Counted from the stretch's first letter, positions 40,839-50,961 are shown. The stretch is DNA of 64,000 nt from Alkalispirochaeta sp. (GCA_965242725.1 CBDESZ010000004.1:128001-192000); one strand, 5' to 3'. Numbers and translations are program-made. Notes: generated by a model from the sequence alone, not told the origin.

Positions 40839-42677
40839 TTACGAAAGAGTAGCCCGGGAACGGTCTTCCACGAACTGGTTGGTGTACAGACGGTGATAGC
40901 GACCTTTGGCGGACATAAGCGAATCATGGGTACCATCCTCCACAATGCGCCCCTCATGAATTACCACAATACGGTCGGCGTCGCGGATCGTACTCAGACG
41001 ATGGGCGATGACAAAACTCGTCCGGTCGTGAAGAAGCGTCCGGATCGCATCCTGAATCAGTTGTTCCGTCTCCGTATCGACACTGCTCGTTGCCTCATCG
41101 AGGATGAAAAAGACCGGATCCGCAAGAATTGCACGGGCAAAGCTGATGAGCTGCTTCTCCCCGACGGAGAGGAGGCTGCCCCCTTCTCCCACATCGGTGT
41201 CAAAACCGTTTTCCAGTCGCCCGATAAAGGCGCCGGCGTTCACAATACGCGCCGCCTCCTCTATTTCATCATCGGTGGCGTCAAGACGTCCATATCGAAT
41301 ATTTTCCCGGACGGTGCCGCTGAAGAGCTGAGGCGTCTGAAGGACGTATCCGAGGTGGCGGTGGAGCCACAGTTGGCTCCGCTCCCGGTAGTCCGTGTCG
41401 TCAATGAGAATCTGTCCCTCCGTGGGCTCGTAGAACCGGCACAACAGGTTGACGATGGTGCTCTTGCCGGATCCCGTCTCCCCGACCAGGGCGACCGTCT
41501 CTCCCTGCCCGACGGTGAGGTTGAAGTTTTCCAGGACCCGTTCGCCGTCCGGGTAGGTGAAGCCGACATTCCTGAACTCAACCTGTCCGACCGGTCGTTC
41601 CCAGTTTTCGTAGTTGGGCAGAAAACTGTCGCCGTACCTGGCAATGACCTCCGGTGTGTCCTGGATCTCAGGTTCCGTCTCGATCATGGCGATAATTCGC
41701 TCTGCCGATGCCTGAGCCGCCTGGAGTTCCGCAAAGACGCGGGCCAGTTCCCGTACCGGTTCAAAATATAGCACCGTATAACCAACAAATGTGGCCACCG
41801 TACCATAGGTGATCGTTCCGGCGATGATTCCCCGTCCGCCCGCCCAGAACGCCGCGGCGGTTCCCACCGTTCCGAGGGCAAGAACGACGGGGAGGTAGAG
41901 ACTCGAGAGGACGGCTGTTTGCACGCTGTATCGCCGCATGTTCGTCGTGAGTTCCGCAAACTCCCTCAGGTTCTCCGCCTCCCTCACGAGGGTCTTGGTG
42001 GTTCGGGCCCCCATGATGCCTTCATTGTAGGCTCCGCTGATTTTGGAGTTTGTCTTTCGAACCTGACGGTGGCCGGCGAGAATTCGCTTTTGAAAGTAGT
42101 TGCTCACCACTGCCAGGACGGGTACGACCGAAAGAACGAGCAGTGCCAGACGCCAGTTGAGAATGAACATCGCCACCGCGGTTGCCGCCATCACCATGGC
42201 TCCCCATACGATGTCCACCAGCGCCCAGCTCACCACCTCTCCGAGGCGTGTCGCGTCGCTGGTCATGCGTGCCATGATCCAACCCAATGGGGTCCGGTCA
42301 AAATAGCTGAAACTCAGTTCCTGCAGACGCCGAAATCCCCTGGCGCGCAAGTCGTATGCGATACCCACTTCAACTCCGCCGGCAAGGGTGATGACGAGCC
42401 ACACATTCAGCGTCTGTACCAATACCAGCACGGCGTAGACGGCCGCGAAGCCGACGAGACCGTCCTTCCGACCTGGTACGATAAATCTGTCAATGGCGTA
42501 TCCGTTCAGGGCGGGAAATACGGTATCTATAACGCCGACGGCGATCATCACCGCCGTCAACAGGGCCATCCGGCCCCGGTAGGAGCGCATCATTCCCAGA
42601 ATTTTTTTCCACACGGCGGTATCAAAGCGTCGTGTAAAGGTTGTTTCCTGAAATCCTGTCTTCATCTTTCCACTCAC
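40839..42677 (-). CDS. ABC exporter half-transporter (TMD-NBD), subunit 2
   Basis: GETGSGKS, degenerate signature LSVGE, ILDEATS. Confidence 0.94.
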   Translation of the reverse strand: MSGKMKTGFQETTFTRRFDTAVWKKILGMMRSYRGRMALLTAVMIAVGVIDTVFPALNGYAIDRFIVPGRKDGLVGFAAVYAVLVLVQTLNVWLVITLAGGVEVGIAYDLRARGFRRLQELSFSYFDRTPLGWIMARMTSDATRLGEVVSWALVDIVWGAMVMAATAVAMFILNWRLALLVLSVVPVLAVVSNYFQKRILAGHRQVRKTNSKISGAYNEGIMGARTTKTLVREAENLREFAELTTNMRRYSVQTAVLSSLYLPVVLALGTVGTAAAFWAGGRGIIAGTITYGTVATFVGYTVLYFEPVRELARVFAELQAAQASAERIIAMIETEPEIQDTPEVIARYGDSFLPNYENWERPVGQVEFRNVGFTYPDGERVLENFNLTVGQGETVALVGETGSGKSTIVNLLCRFYEPTEGQILIDDTDYRERSQLWLHRHLGYVLQTPQLFSGTVRENIRYGRLDATDDEIEEAARIVNAGAFIGRLENGFDTDVGEGGSLLSVGEKQLISFARAILADPVFFILDEATSSVDTETEQLIQDAIRTLLHDRTSFVIAHRLSTIRDADRIVVIHEGRIVEDGTHDSLMSAKGRYHRLYTNQFVEDRSRATLS

Positions 42678-42745
42678 TATTGCGAAACGAGACGGGGTCA
42701 GCCGGATTTTTCCGTCAATTTCCGGTGCCCGACGTGCCCGCGAAA

Positions 42746-44659
42746 CTAAATACCGGCAACGCGACCGAGGTCGCCCGCCGCATCTGCGTCCCAGCCGGTC
42801 TGGATGTCCCAGATCCTGCGGTACAATCCGTCTTCCTCGATCAGCTCCTCGTGGGTACCGATGTGGGTTACGCTGCCTTCGTCGAGAACCACAATCTTGT
42901 CAGCCTCTTTGAGGGTGTTTATGCGATGGCTCACAATAAACGTCGTCGCCTTCACACGGCGTCGCATGGCGACGCGAATCAGTGCGTCCGTTTCCGTGTC
43001 TACGGCGCTCAGGCTGTCATCAAAGACCATGATCGGCGCGTCGGAAAGCAGGGCACGGGCGATGGCAATGCGTTGTTTCTGGCCGCCCGACAGGGTGACG
43101 CCTCGCTCACCCACAAGTGTTTCATATCCGCCGTCAAAGTTCTCAATGACGTCATGCACCGCTGCGGCTCGTGCCGCCTCAAAAATCGCCACATCGGGAA
43201 GATCGGGCCGGGCCATGCGGATGTTGTCGGCAATCGTCTTGCCGTACAGGAATGGTTCCTGCAGGACAAACCCGATATGGCGTCGTATCCATTCCCTGTC
43301 GATTGTGTTCAGTTCCACACCGTCCACGGTGATGCTCCCTTCGACGTAGTCGTAGAGCCGCGGAAGAAGCTGTACAAGCGTCGATTTTCCCGAGCCCGTC
43401 GGCCCGAGAAAGGCAACCGTCTCTCCCTGCTCAACGTCAAAGGTTACGTTGTCCAACACCGGCCGCGTTCCGTCGTAGGAAAACGATACGTTTTCAAATC
43501 GAACCGAACCGGCAATGCGCGGTGTCCGTCCCCGACGGGCAGGTATGACGGTGACCTTCGGCGTTTCCGTGCGGTTCCGATTGAGGGCGATCCGCCACGC
43601 CTCTTCCTCAAGCGGTTCGTCCAGGATTGCTTGGATCCTGCCGGCACTGACAAGACTCTTCCCCAGGTCCGAGAGGATCCGTCCCATTTGGCGTACAGGC
43701 CAGAGGACCATTCCCTGAACCATCATGAAGAGTACAAGTTCTCCCACGGTGAGCGATCCGGTCACACTCAGAACTACGCCCGCGATGAGAACAACCGCAA
43801 TCTGGGTCATACTCAATAGATCCGAAAGGGACCAGTAGAGCGCGAGGAGCCGAACGAGATGGCGTGTCATGGTCCGGTGGTGCCGGTTCCGCGCATCAAA
43901 CATCGTTTCCTCATAGGCTTCACGGCCAAAGGCGCGTACAACCCGTACCCCGTCAAGGTTTTCCTGCAGGCGGGCACTCATGCGCCCCTCCGCCTCGTCA
44001 CTCGCGGTAAATGCGGCCTGGACCCACTTGAAGAATATGAAACTGAAACCGACAAGGATCGGAATCAGCGGCAGGCTGATCCACGTCAGCGTTGTATTGA
44101 CGAACAGGAGTATCGGCAGCGCCGTCGCGACGAGGATGACTGCACGGGCGATTTCAACAAGCTGTACCGCAAGAAACCGTCGGACCGTGTCCACGTCACT
44201 GGTACAGCGCTGTACAAGGTCTCCCGTCTCGGCTCGTGCGTGGTACGCATAGGGGAGGCGTTGCAGGTGATCATAGAGTCGATTGCGGATCGATGCAGCG
44301 GTGTTTTCACTGGCGAGAGCGGCCCCGCGACCGGCGACAAAGGTAAAAAGTCCATTCACGACGGAAAAGCCGACCATGGTAGCTGCCAGTCGCCACAGGG
44401 CTCCGGCGGAAAGAGTACCGCCGGTGAGGGCGAGTACCAGTCGTTCTACTACCGGAATCGCCGACAATGGGCGGTTCCCCACGACTGTATCAATGCCCAC
44501 CTGCAGTATGAGAGGCACCATGTATGCCGCGATCGTGGCACAGGCGGTAAATCCCATCGCCATGATATAGGTCCAGTGATTTCTGCCCATAAAGTCCCAG
44601 AGGAGGGCAATACTTCCCGGTCTTGTTTTTTTATTGTCACTATCAATCGGTTTCATCAT
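42746..44659 (-). CDS. ABC exporter half-transporter (TMD-NBD), subunit 1
   Basis: GPTGSGKS, LSGGQ, degenerate Walker B VFDDSLS; start moved to ATG 44659. Confidence 0.94.
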   Translation of the reverse strand: MMKPIDSDNKKTRPGSIALLWDFMGRNHWTYIMAMGFTACATIAAYMVPLILQVGIDTVVGNRPLSAIPVVERLVLALTGGTLSAGALWRLAATMVGFSVVNGLFTFVAGRGAALASENTAASIRNRLYDHLQRLPYAYHARAETGDLVQRCTSDVDTVRRFLAVQLVEIARAVILVATALPILLFVNTTLTWISLPLIPILVGFSFIFFKWVQAAFTASDEAEGRMSARLQENLDGVRVVRAFGREAYEETMFDARNRHHRTMTRHLVRLLALYWSLSDLLSMTQIAVVLIAGVVLSVTGSLTVGELVLFMMVQGMVLWPVRQMGRILSDLGKSLVSAGRIQAILDEPLEEEAWRIALNRNRTETPKVTVIPARRGRTPRIAGSVRFENVSFSYDGTRPVLDNVTFDVEQGETVAFLGPTGSGKSTLVQLLPRLYDYVEGSITVDGVELNTIDREWIRRHIGFVLQEPFLYGKTIADNIRMARPDLPDVAIFEAARAAAVHDVIENFDGGYETLVGERGVTLSGGQKQRIAIARALLSDAPIMVFDDSLSAVDTETDALIRVAMRRRVKATTFIVSHRINTLKEADKIVVLDEGSVTHIGTHEELIEEDGLYRRIWDIQTGWDADAAGDLGRVAGI

Positions 44660-44678
44660 TGGATACACACGCTCATTC

Positions 44679-44709
44679 AAAAAAAAAGCGCAGGCGGTCC
44701 CTGCGCTTT
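44679..44709 (-). terminator. Leader intrinsic terminator 2
   Basis: AAAGCGCAGG-GACCG-CCTGCGC followed by T9, ending about 20 nt before the ATG. Confidence 0.85.
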
Positions 44710-44730
44710 CAGCCCGCCGTAACGGCGGGG

Positions 44731-44760
44731 AAAAAAAAAGGACCAGCGTCACGCTGGTCC
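44731..44760 (-). terminator. Leader intrinsic terminator 1
   Basis: GGACCAGCG-TGA-CGCTGGTCC followed by T9. Confidence 0.88.
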
Positions 44761-44789
44761 CGTATATGCAAAAAGTGTGCTGACTCGCG

Positions 44790-44906
44790 TCAACAACGGA
44801 ATCCGGTAAAAACGGATTCAAAAAGGACCAGTCGGACAGGGGACGGCATTTGACCGTCGGGCACATAAACCGCGTCATCGATAAAGGGAATCTGATATGC
44901 GCTCAT
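44790..44906 (-). CDS. Putative leader peptide (38 aa) of the ABC exporter operon
   Basis: AAAGGAG RBS, MSAYQIPFIDDAVYVPDGQMPSPVRLVLFESVFTGFRC*; promoter TTGACA(44969-44964)-17-CATTAT(44946-44941) upstream. Confidence 0.65.
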   Translation of the reverse strand: MSAYQIPFIDDAVYVPDGQMPSPVRLVLFESVFTGFRC

Positions 44907-45043
44907 TTGACTGCTCCTTTCGTGATTGTTGATGAATTCTATAATGATCGGAGACCGACATGGTGTCAAGTCTTTTCTCCCCGGCAAAAACTCTCGGGAA
45001 ATCGATGTATACTGTCGTACGTCTCCAAAGGAGGTTGGTGGAA

Positions 45044-45763
45044 ATGACGGTACTGGTGGTGGGAGCGAGCGGCGCAACAGGACGCCTTCTCGTGGACCAG
45101 CTTCTTGAGCTGGATGTCTCTGTGCGAATCATTGTACGGCCACGGTCCGTTCTGACGGACCACTTTGTCGGCCGGGAAAACGTGACGATCATTCGGGCGG
45201 ATCTACTTGATCTTGGCGACGATGAGTTGTCCCGACACGTCGCGGGGTGCGACGCCGTCGCCTCCTGTCTCGGTCACAACCTGACGTTGAGGGGGATATT
45301 CGGTCCTCCCCGACGGCTCGTGACGGAGGCGACGGAGCGGTTGTGCCGCGCCGTCCGGGCGGGACGTCCGGAAAAGGCGGTGCGATTCATTCTCATGAAT
45401 ACGGCGGGAAACCAGAACTCCGATCGTCACGAACGGGTCACTGCCGGTGAAAGAATGGTGCTGTGGCTGATTCGCCTTCTTGTACCGCCCCATCGCGACA
45501 ATGAGGAAGCGGCGAAATACCTGCGTGTCCGGATCGGCTCTGCCGACCGGGAGATAGAGTGGGCGGTGGTCAGACCGGACACATTGACCGACAAGGGTGC
45601 GGTGACGGACTATTCTGAACACCCTTCACCGACACGGAGTGCGATCTTCAATCCAGGGACCACCAGTCGCATCAATGTCGCCAATTTCATGGCCCGGCTT
45701 ATCACCGATGACGCATTATGGCAGACGTGGCGCGGGGAAATGCCGGTGTTGTACGATGTATAG
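45044..45763 (+). CDS. NAD(P)-binding atypical SDR oxidoreductase
   Basis: VVGASGATG, WAVVRPDTL, SRINVANFM; GGAGG upstream. Confidence 0.88.
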   Translation: MTVLVVGASGATGRLLVDQLLELDVSVRIIVRPRSVLTDHFVGRENVTIIRADLLDLGDDELSRHVAGCDAVASCLGHNLTLRGIFGPPRRLVTEATERLCRAVRAGRPEKAVRFILMNTAGNQNSDRHERVTAGERMVLWLIRLLVPPHRDNEEAAKYLRVRIGSADREIEWAVVRPDTLTDKGAVTDYSEHPSPTRSAIFNPGTTSRINVANFMARLITDDALWQTWRGEMPVLYDV

Positions 45764-45784
45764 GCGCCGTGGCAGGGAGGTGAG

Positions 45785-46693
45785 GTGAAAGAGGTGGAAC
45801 TTGTCGTGCCGGCACGGGCTTCACTCGGTGAAGGACCGTGCTGGGACTGGCGGATCAACGTTCTGTACTGGATCGACATCAATAACGGCACGGTTATGGT
45901 CTTTGACCCGGCGACCCGCAGGAACATCGCACTAGATACCCACGACTACATCGGGTGTGTCGCGGCAACGACGGGAACGGACCTTCTTGTAGGTCTACGT
46001 GACGGATTCTTTCTGTTGAATCCCCGTTCGGGCGGAATGAAAAAGCTCGCCGATCCTGAGGCGCATCTCCCGGAAAACCGCTTCAACGACGGCAAGGTTG
46101 ACCGTCTCGGCAGGTTCTGGGCGGGGAGCATGCCCATCGATGAAGGGAGCATTGGGAAATCCGCCGCGTCCGTCGGCGCGCTCTACCGCATGGATACCGA
46201 CCTGTCGGTCACGAAAGTCCTTGACGGCGTGACGTTGTCAAACGGCCTTGCCTGGAGCGCCGACGATACGACGTTCTACTATATCGACACCCCCTCCATG
46301 GGGGTGGACGCCTTCGACTTTGACGCGCCGTCGGGAAGGGTGTCCAATCGCCGACGGGTCATCGATTTTCCTCAATCCGAAGGTGTCCCCGACGGATTGA
46401 CCATTGATCGGGACGACATGCTCTGGATCGGCCATTATAACGGCGGCCGCATATCCCGATGGAATCCCCGGACGGGATCCAGGGTTGACGAGATTTTCGT
46501 ACCGGCTCTTCACGCGACGTGCTGCACCTTTGGTGGCGACGATCTCCGTGATCTCTATATTACCACTGCCCGGACAAAGACATTCCCCCGGGACCTCCGA
46601 CGCTTTCCGGAAGCGGGCGGTCTCTTTCGCGTGCGGGTGGATACTCCCGGCGTGCGAACCAATCTGTTTGGCGTCGACAATACCTCAGAGTGA
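45785..46693 (+). CDS. SMP-30/gluconolactonase family protein
   Basis: LGEGPCWD, RFNDGKVD, SNGLAWS, PDGLTID, LYITTA. Confidence 0.94.
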   Translation: MKEVELVVPARASLGEGPCWDWRINVLYWIDINNGTVMVFDPATRRNIALDTHDYIGCVAATTGTDLLVGLRDGFFLLNPRSGGMKKLADPEAHLPENRFNDGKVDRLGRFWAGSMPIDEGSIGKSAASVGALYRMDTDLSVTKVLDGVTLSNGLAWSADDTTFYYIDTPSMGVDAFDFDAPSGRVSNRRRVIDFPQSEGVPDGLTIDRDDMLWIGHYNGGRISRWNPRTGSRVDEIFVPALHATCCTFGGDDLRDLYITTARTKTFPRDLRRFPEAGGLFRVRVDTPGVRTNLFGVDNTSE

Positions 46694-46711
46694 TCGTGTG
46701 CCGTCGCCTGC

Positions 46712-48532
46712 TCACTCCCATTGACTGTACAGTCGATTATAACGTGAGCGCATCGCGTCCAGTTGTCGTGAAAGGTCGGCGGCGCGGTTCAGGTCATTTT
46801 GGGTGTACAGACGAGTCACCTCCCGTTCACAGCGCGCCATCTCTTCTTCAAGTTGCATGAGACGTTCTTCAATGGTGAGTTCCCTGCCGGCGACCCGTGT
46901 ATTCCCTTGAACCGTTTTCTTCGACGAGGCGAGGGACCAATATGCCCGGAAGGAGAGGTCGTAGCCCACCAGGGATTCCCTTTCAAATGCGACGATACGT
47001 GTTGCCACCTCATCCAGAAAGTAGCGGTCGTGGCTGACGACGAGGATCGTACCCTGAAAGGAAAGGAGCGCTTCCTCGACGGCCTCCCGGCCGGGAATAT
47101 CCAGGTGATTGGTCGGCTCATCAAGAATGAGAAAATTGGCACCGGTCACCTCGGCGTGGGCGAGCTGCAGTCGATTCCGTTCGCCTCCGGACAGGGAGCC
47201 CGTGTTTCGATCCAGATCTTCATATCGAAACTGATAGCGCGACAGAAGGCTAAACACCCTGTCCCGTGACCCGCCGCCGGCCCGGGAGATCGCCTCTTCC
47301 AGTGTGACATGTCCCGGAAAGAGCTCCTGTTGCTGGGCGCAGTACCCGATGACCATGCTCGGACCAACCCGGAGATGCCCGTTGTCCCAACTGCCGTGCT
47401 CTACAATGGCGCGAAGGAGTGTCGTCTTTCCGCACCCGTTGGGTCCGACGAGGGCAACCCGCTCTCCGCAGTGAATTTGGAGTGATCCATTTCGGAGAAG
47501 CGTCCGGTCCCCGACGGTCAGGGAGTACTCCTGTACGTGGAGGGCGATGTCCGAACGGACCGGCGGTGCATCGAGGCGGATCGCCGCCCGTGCTTCCGTG
47601 AGTTCCGGCCGTTCCCGCGCTTCCTGTCGGGCAAATTCCAGCTGCGTTCGCCGTGCCCGCAGGCGCTTTCCGACGGAGGTACTTGCCACGGAACGGGCGA
47701 GCTGAGCAAGGTAATGGACCTGCGCCTCCAGCCGGGCGAGGTGTTTTGCATCCGCCCGGGAATCCCTCGCTGCCTTCACCGCTTCCCGCAGCCGCGCGGC
47801 GCGATAGGAAGAGAAATTACCCGACCACGAGGTGAGCCGGCCCGATCGCAGTTCCACGATTCGAGTCGCGATTCTGTCCAGAAGAAAGCGATTGTGGGAT
47901 ATAGCGATCACCGCGGCGGGGTAATCCGCGAGGGTTTGTTCCAGCCAGTCAAGGCCCCAGAGATCCAGGTGATTGCCGGGCTCATCGAGAATGAGGAGTT
48001 CCGGGCGGAGGGCAAATGCCCGGACGATCTGTGCCCGGTTCTGTTCACCACCTGAAAGGGACCGTACATCAGTGTCCGCGACCGACTGGAGCCCCATTTC
48101 CGAGAGCAGCGAACGGGCGCGGTCCTCCGCATTGTCGCCGTCCAGATTGTCGTAGCGTTCCCTGAGTTCTCCGTAGCGGTGGAGAACCGTCGTCAATTCT
48201 CCCCCCGTCACCTCGGACATGCGGGTTTCGAGCGACGCCAGGTCATTGCGCATTGTCAGGAGATCCGCCATGACAAACTTCCATAACGGACCGGATACAT
48301 CTGTCGGAAAGAACTGCGGTACCACCACCGCGCTCGCCCCCGGCAACAGTCGGACCGTTCCAGTCTGCGGCACATCGTCCCCTGCAATGAGCTGGACCAG
48401 CGTGCTCTTTCCGGACCCGTTTGCGCCGACCAATCCGATGTGTTCTCCCTGTTCGACAGACATCGTTGCTCCCGCAAGGACGGGTCCCGCGCCGTACCCA
48501 AATGTGAGGTCTGAGACTTCCAATAATGCCAT
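46712..48532 (-). CDS. ABC-F family ATPase with C-terminal coiled coil
   Basis: Two NBDs (GANGSGKS/LSGGE/DEPGNHLD; GPNGCGKT/LSGGE/DEPTNHLD), no TM; AAGGAG before ATG 48532. Confidence 0.94.
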   Translation of the reverse strand: MALLEVSDLTFGYGAGPVLAGATMSVEQGEHIGLVGANGSGKSTLVQLIAGDDVPQTGTVRLLPGASAVVVPQFFPTDVSGPLWKFVMADLLTMRNDLASLETRMSEVTGGELTTVLHRYGELRERYDNLDGDNAEDRARSLLSEMGLQSVADTDVRSLSGGEQNRAQIVRAFALRPELLILDEPGNHLDLWGLDWLEQTLADYPAAVIAISHNRFLLDRIATRIVELRSGRLTSWSGNFSSYRAARLREAVKAARDSRADAKHLARLEAQVHYLAQLARSVASTSVGKRLRARRTQLEFARQEARERPELTEARAAIRLDAPPVRSDIALHVQEYSLTVGDRTLLRNGSLQIHCGERVALVGPNGCGKTTLLRAIVEHGSWDNGHLRVGPSMVIGYCAQQQELFPGHVTLEEAISRAGGGSRDRVFSLLSRYQFRYEDLDRNTGSLSGGERNRLQLAHAEVTGANFLILDEPTNHLDIPGREAVEEALLSFQGTILVVSHDRYFLDEVATRIVAFERESLVGYDLSFRAYWSLASSKKTVQGNTRVAGRELTIEERLMQLEEEMARCEREVTRLYTQNDLNRAADLSRQLDAMRSRYNRLYSQWE

Positions 48533-48569
48533 AATGGCGCTCCTTACACGCCCAGACCACCGGTTACGC

Positions 48570-48601
48570 AAAAAAAAAGCCGCAGACCGATGGCCTGCGG
48601 C
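48570..48601 (-). terminator. Leader intrinsic terminator upstream of ABC-F
   Basis: GCCGCAGG-CCATCGG-TCTGCGGC followed by T9. Confidence 0.85.
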
Positions 48602-48626
48602 GTAAAAATACGGTATTAGAGATATG

Positions 48627-48722
48627 TCAAATATCTCTACCCTGCTCCGCAGACACAGCTATCCCTTCTGCGGATTGTGCTCCCGTTGAACGACGAATGT
48701 AGCGAAGCAGGATCTTTTTCAC
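48627..48722 (-). CDS. Putative leaderless leader peptide (31 aa)
   Basis: GTG-start MKKILLRYIRRSTGAQSAEGIAVSAEQGRDI*; the GTG begins 7 nt after the -10 of TTGACC(48757-48752)-17-GATACT(48734-48729). Confidence 0.5.
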   Translation of the reverse strand: MKKILLRYIRRSTGAQSAEGIAVSAEQGRDI

Positions 48723-48753
48723 AGCTCGAGTATCACCCGGTACGACGTGTTGG

Positions 48754-49122
48754 TCAAGTCGTGGTGCCGGACGACCAGAATTCCAGCCGATTGCCTTCCG
48801 GATCGGTGCAGTAAAACGCCGTAGCCCCCCAGACGGAGCGCATCTTTCCCGGAGCGACGCCCTGCTCCGCAAGCTGTGTACGGAGAGTCGTTACATCGTC
48901 CACACGAAAACTCAATGTAAGGCCTTTCCCTCCCGCCGACGGGACGGTTGCGCGGTCCACATCGGCTACACTGAGGTATGCGCCGCCATTGAGGCGGAAC
49001 TCCACAAACCACTCCCGCTCCATCACCGGGCTGAATCCGAGGACTTCGCGGTAGAAAGAGACCGTTGCCGACCACTTGCGGCAGTAGAGAATGGTATTGC
49101 TCCGCCGAACGTTGATATTCAT
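48754..49122 (-). CDS. VOC/glyoxalase family protein
   Basis: FYREVLG, LSFRVDDV, WGATAFYCTDPEGNRLEFW; start could be GTG 49155. Confidence 0.85.
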   Translation of the reverse strand: MNINVRRSNTILYCRKWSATVSFYREVLGFSPVMEREWFVEFRLNGGAYLSVADVDRATVPSAGGKGLTLSFRVDDVTTLRTQLAEQGVAPGKMRSVWGATAFYCTDPEGNRLEFWSSGTTT

Positions 49123-49171
49123 TCGGAGATCGTAATCTTCCGGGGACGAATTCACAACCGCCGGTGCAGCG

Positions 49172-50023
49172 TTACTTCTCCTGTTCGGTCATGCCTTTGA
49201 TGAAGAGCCGCTGCATTGAAAGGACGACGAAGATCGGTGGGACCATCGCGAGAATTGTGGACGCCATAATAACGTGCCACTCCGCCTGCTGGTCACCGAC
49301 GGAGAGCATGCGGTTAATACCGATCAGGAGCGTGTAATAACGCTCCTGTGTCGTTACCAGAAGAGGCCAAAGATACTGGTTCCAGCCAAAGATGAAAAGA
49401 ATGACAAATAATGCCGCGATCGTCGTCCGGGATATGGGTATGAGGATATGAAGGAAGAATTGCATGGGCGTTGCACCGTCCACCTTGGCGGAATCGGGAA
49501 GCTCCCGCGGAACGGTCATAAAGTACTGTCTGAATAGAAAGGTTGCCGTCGCCGACGCGACGATGGGGAGAATCAGGCCGATATACGAGTCGATCAAGCC
49601 CAAAGAAGCGACCACCTCGTAGGTCGGAAGGATTCGTACTTCCACCGGAAGCATGAGTGTCATAAAAATCGCCCAGAAAAAAAACTGTCGGAGAGGGAAC
49701 CGGAAGAATACAAATGCGAAAGCTGCCAGAAGGGAGATGATGATCTTTCCGACACTGACGCCGAGTGCCATATAAATGCTATTTACAAGCATCAGTCCTG
49801 CCGATGCGCCAAAATCTTCAACACCGGAAGCGATGGCCGTGAAGTAATTATTCAGGACTTCAGTTCCCGGTACGACCGGCATCGGCGCACGCATGATATC
49901 GCCAAGGGAGACGGAGGATGCGACAAAGACGATGTAAATCGGAAATATGAACACCATGACACCGACGATGAGCATCGTATGGGAGATTGTCGTGAGAACC
50001 GGATTTCGTTCAACCATTGCCAT
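49172..50023 (-). CDS. ugpE: sn-glycerol-3-phosphate ABC permease
   Basis: MVERNP, TLMLPVEVRILPTY, ASATATFLFRQ, WNQYLWPLL. Confidence 0.93.
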   Translation of the reverse strand: MAMVERNPVLTTISHTMLIVGVMVFIFPIYIVFVASSVSLGDIMRAPMPVVPGTEVLNNYFTAIASGVEDFGASAGLMLVNSIYMALGVSVGKIIISLLAAFAFVFFRFPLRQFFFWAIFMTLMLPVEVRILPTYEVVASLGLIDSYIGLILPIVASATATFLFRQYFMTVPRELPDSAKVDGATPMQFFLHILIPISRTTIAALFVILFIFGWNQYLWPLLVTTQERYYTLLIGINRMLSVGDQQAEWHVIMASTILAMVPPIFVVLSMQRLFIKGMTEQEK

Positions 50024-50035
50024 AGCTGCTGTCCC

Positions 50036-50920
50036 TCAATAGTGCACTTTCCGCTCAAAAAAGCGAAACTGAATGAACGTCAAAGATATAACGATTGCCA
50101 TAAGAACCACTGACTGGGCAGAGGAGCTACCGAGATTCAAATTTACGAAGCCGTCCTGATACACTTTGTAAACCAGTATGTTTGTCGCCTGGTTGGGTCC
50201 GCCTTTTGTCACCTGATGGATGATGCCGAAGGTAAGAAAAAATGTGTACATCACATTCATGACGATCAGGAAGAAGGTTGTTGGACTGAGGAGCGGAAAA
50301 GAAATCAACCAGAACCGTTTGCCAGGTCGTGCGCCGTCGATGGCGGCGGACTCCAGGAGAGACGGAGGAATGCTTTGAAGCCCCGCGAGGAAGAAAAGAA
50401 AATTGTAGGCGATCTGCTTCCATGAAGCGGCGATCGTCACTAACAGAAATCCGTGGGTACGTCGTAATGCATGGTTCCAGTCATAGCCCAGTTGTTCCAG
50501 TGCAAAAGAAACAACGCCTACAGTGGGATTAAAGAGAAAAAGCCACATGACTCCGGCAACTGCCGGTGCAACGGCATACGGCCAGATAAGCATAGTAGTA
50601 TAGAATTTTGAACCTCGAGTGACGCGGTCGGCGAGAACCGCGAGATAAAGGGCGATTCCCATCGATAGGACCATCACGAAAAAGCTAAAAAGAAAGGTTA
50701 TCCGTATCGAATGGAGGTAGCTTTCGTCTGCAAAGAGCCTGATGAAGTTTTCAAGTCCGACAAACTCACGGCGCGTGCCGAAGGCATCTTCACGAAAGAG
50801 TGAGAGCACGAGGGCTTGAAACCCCGGCCAGAGGAAAAAGAGCGCCACAATTGCAATCTGTGGAAATACGAGGACGTAGGGAAGTATCTTGTTATCGAAA
50901 ACTGCGCGGTTGTTTTCCAC
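50036..50920 (-). CDS. ugpA: sn-glycerol-3-phosphate ABC permease
   Basis: [47 protein letters not shown] 50920. Confidence 0.93.
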   Translation of the reverse strand: MENNRAVFDNKILPYVLVFPQIAIVALFFLWPGFQALVLSLFREDAFGTRREFVGLENFIRLFADESYLHSIRITFLFSFFVMVLSMGIALYLAVLADRVTRGSKFYTTMLIWPYAVAPAVAGVMWLFLFNPTVGVVSFALEQLGYDWNHALRRTHGFLLVTIAASWKQIAYNFLFFLAGLQSIPPSLLESAAIDGARPGKRFWLISFPLLSPTTFFLIVMNVMYTFFLTFGIIHQVTKGGPNQATNILVYKVYQDGFVNLNLGSSSAQSVVLMAIVISLTFIQFRFFERKVHY

Positions 50921-50961
50921 AAAGTAGCCCCTTCTCGGATAATATTTCCGAAAGAGAGTTA

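Noticed and set aside
44660..44878. 73-aa N-terminal extension of the exporter in the ORF track
   Set aside because: It reads through the terminators and T-tracts; better explained as a regulatory leader.
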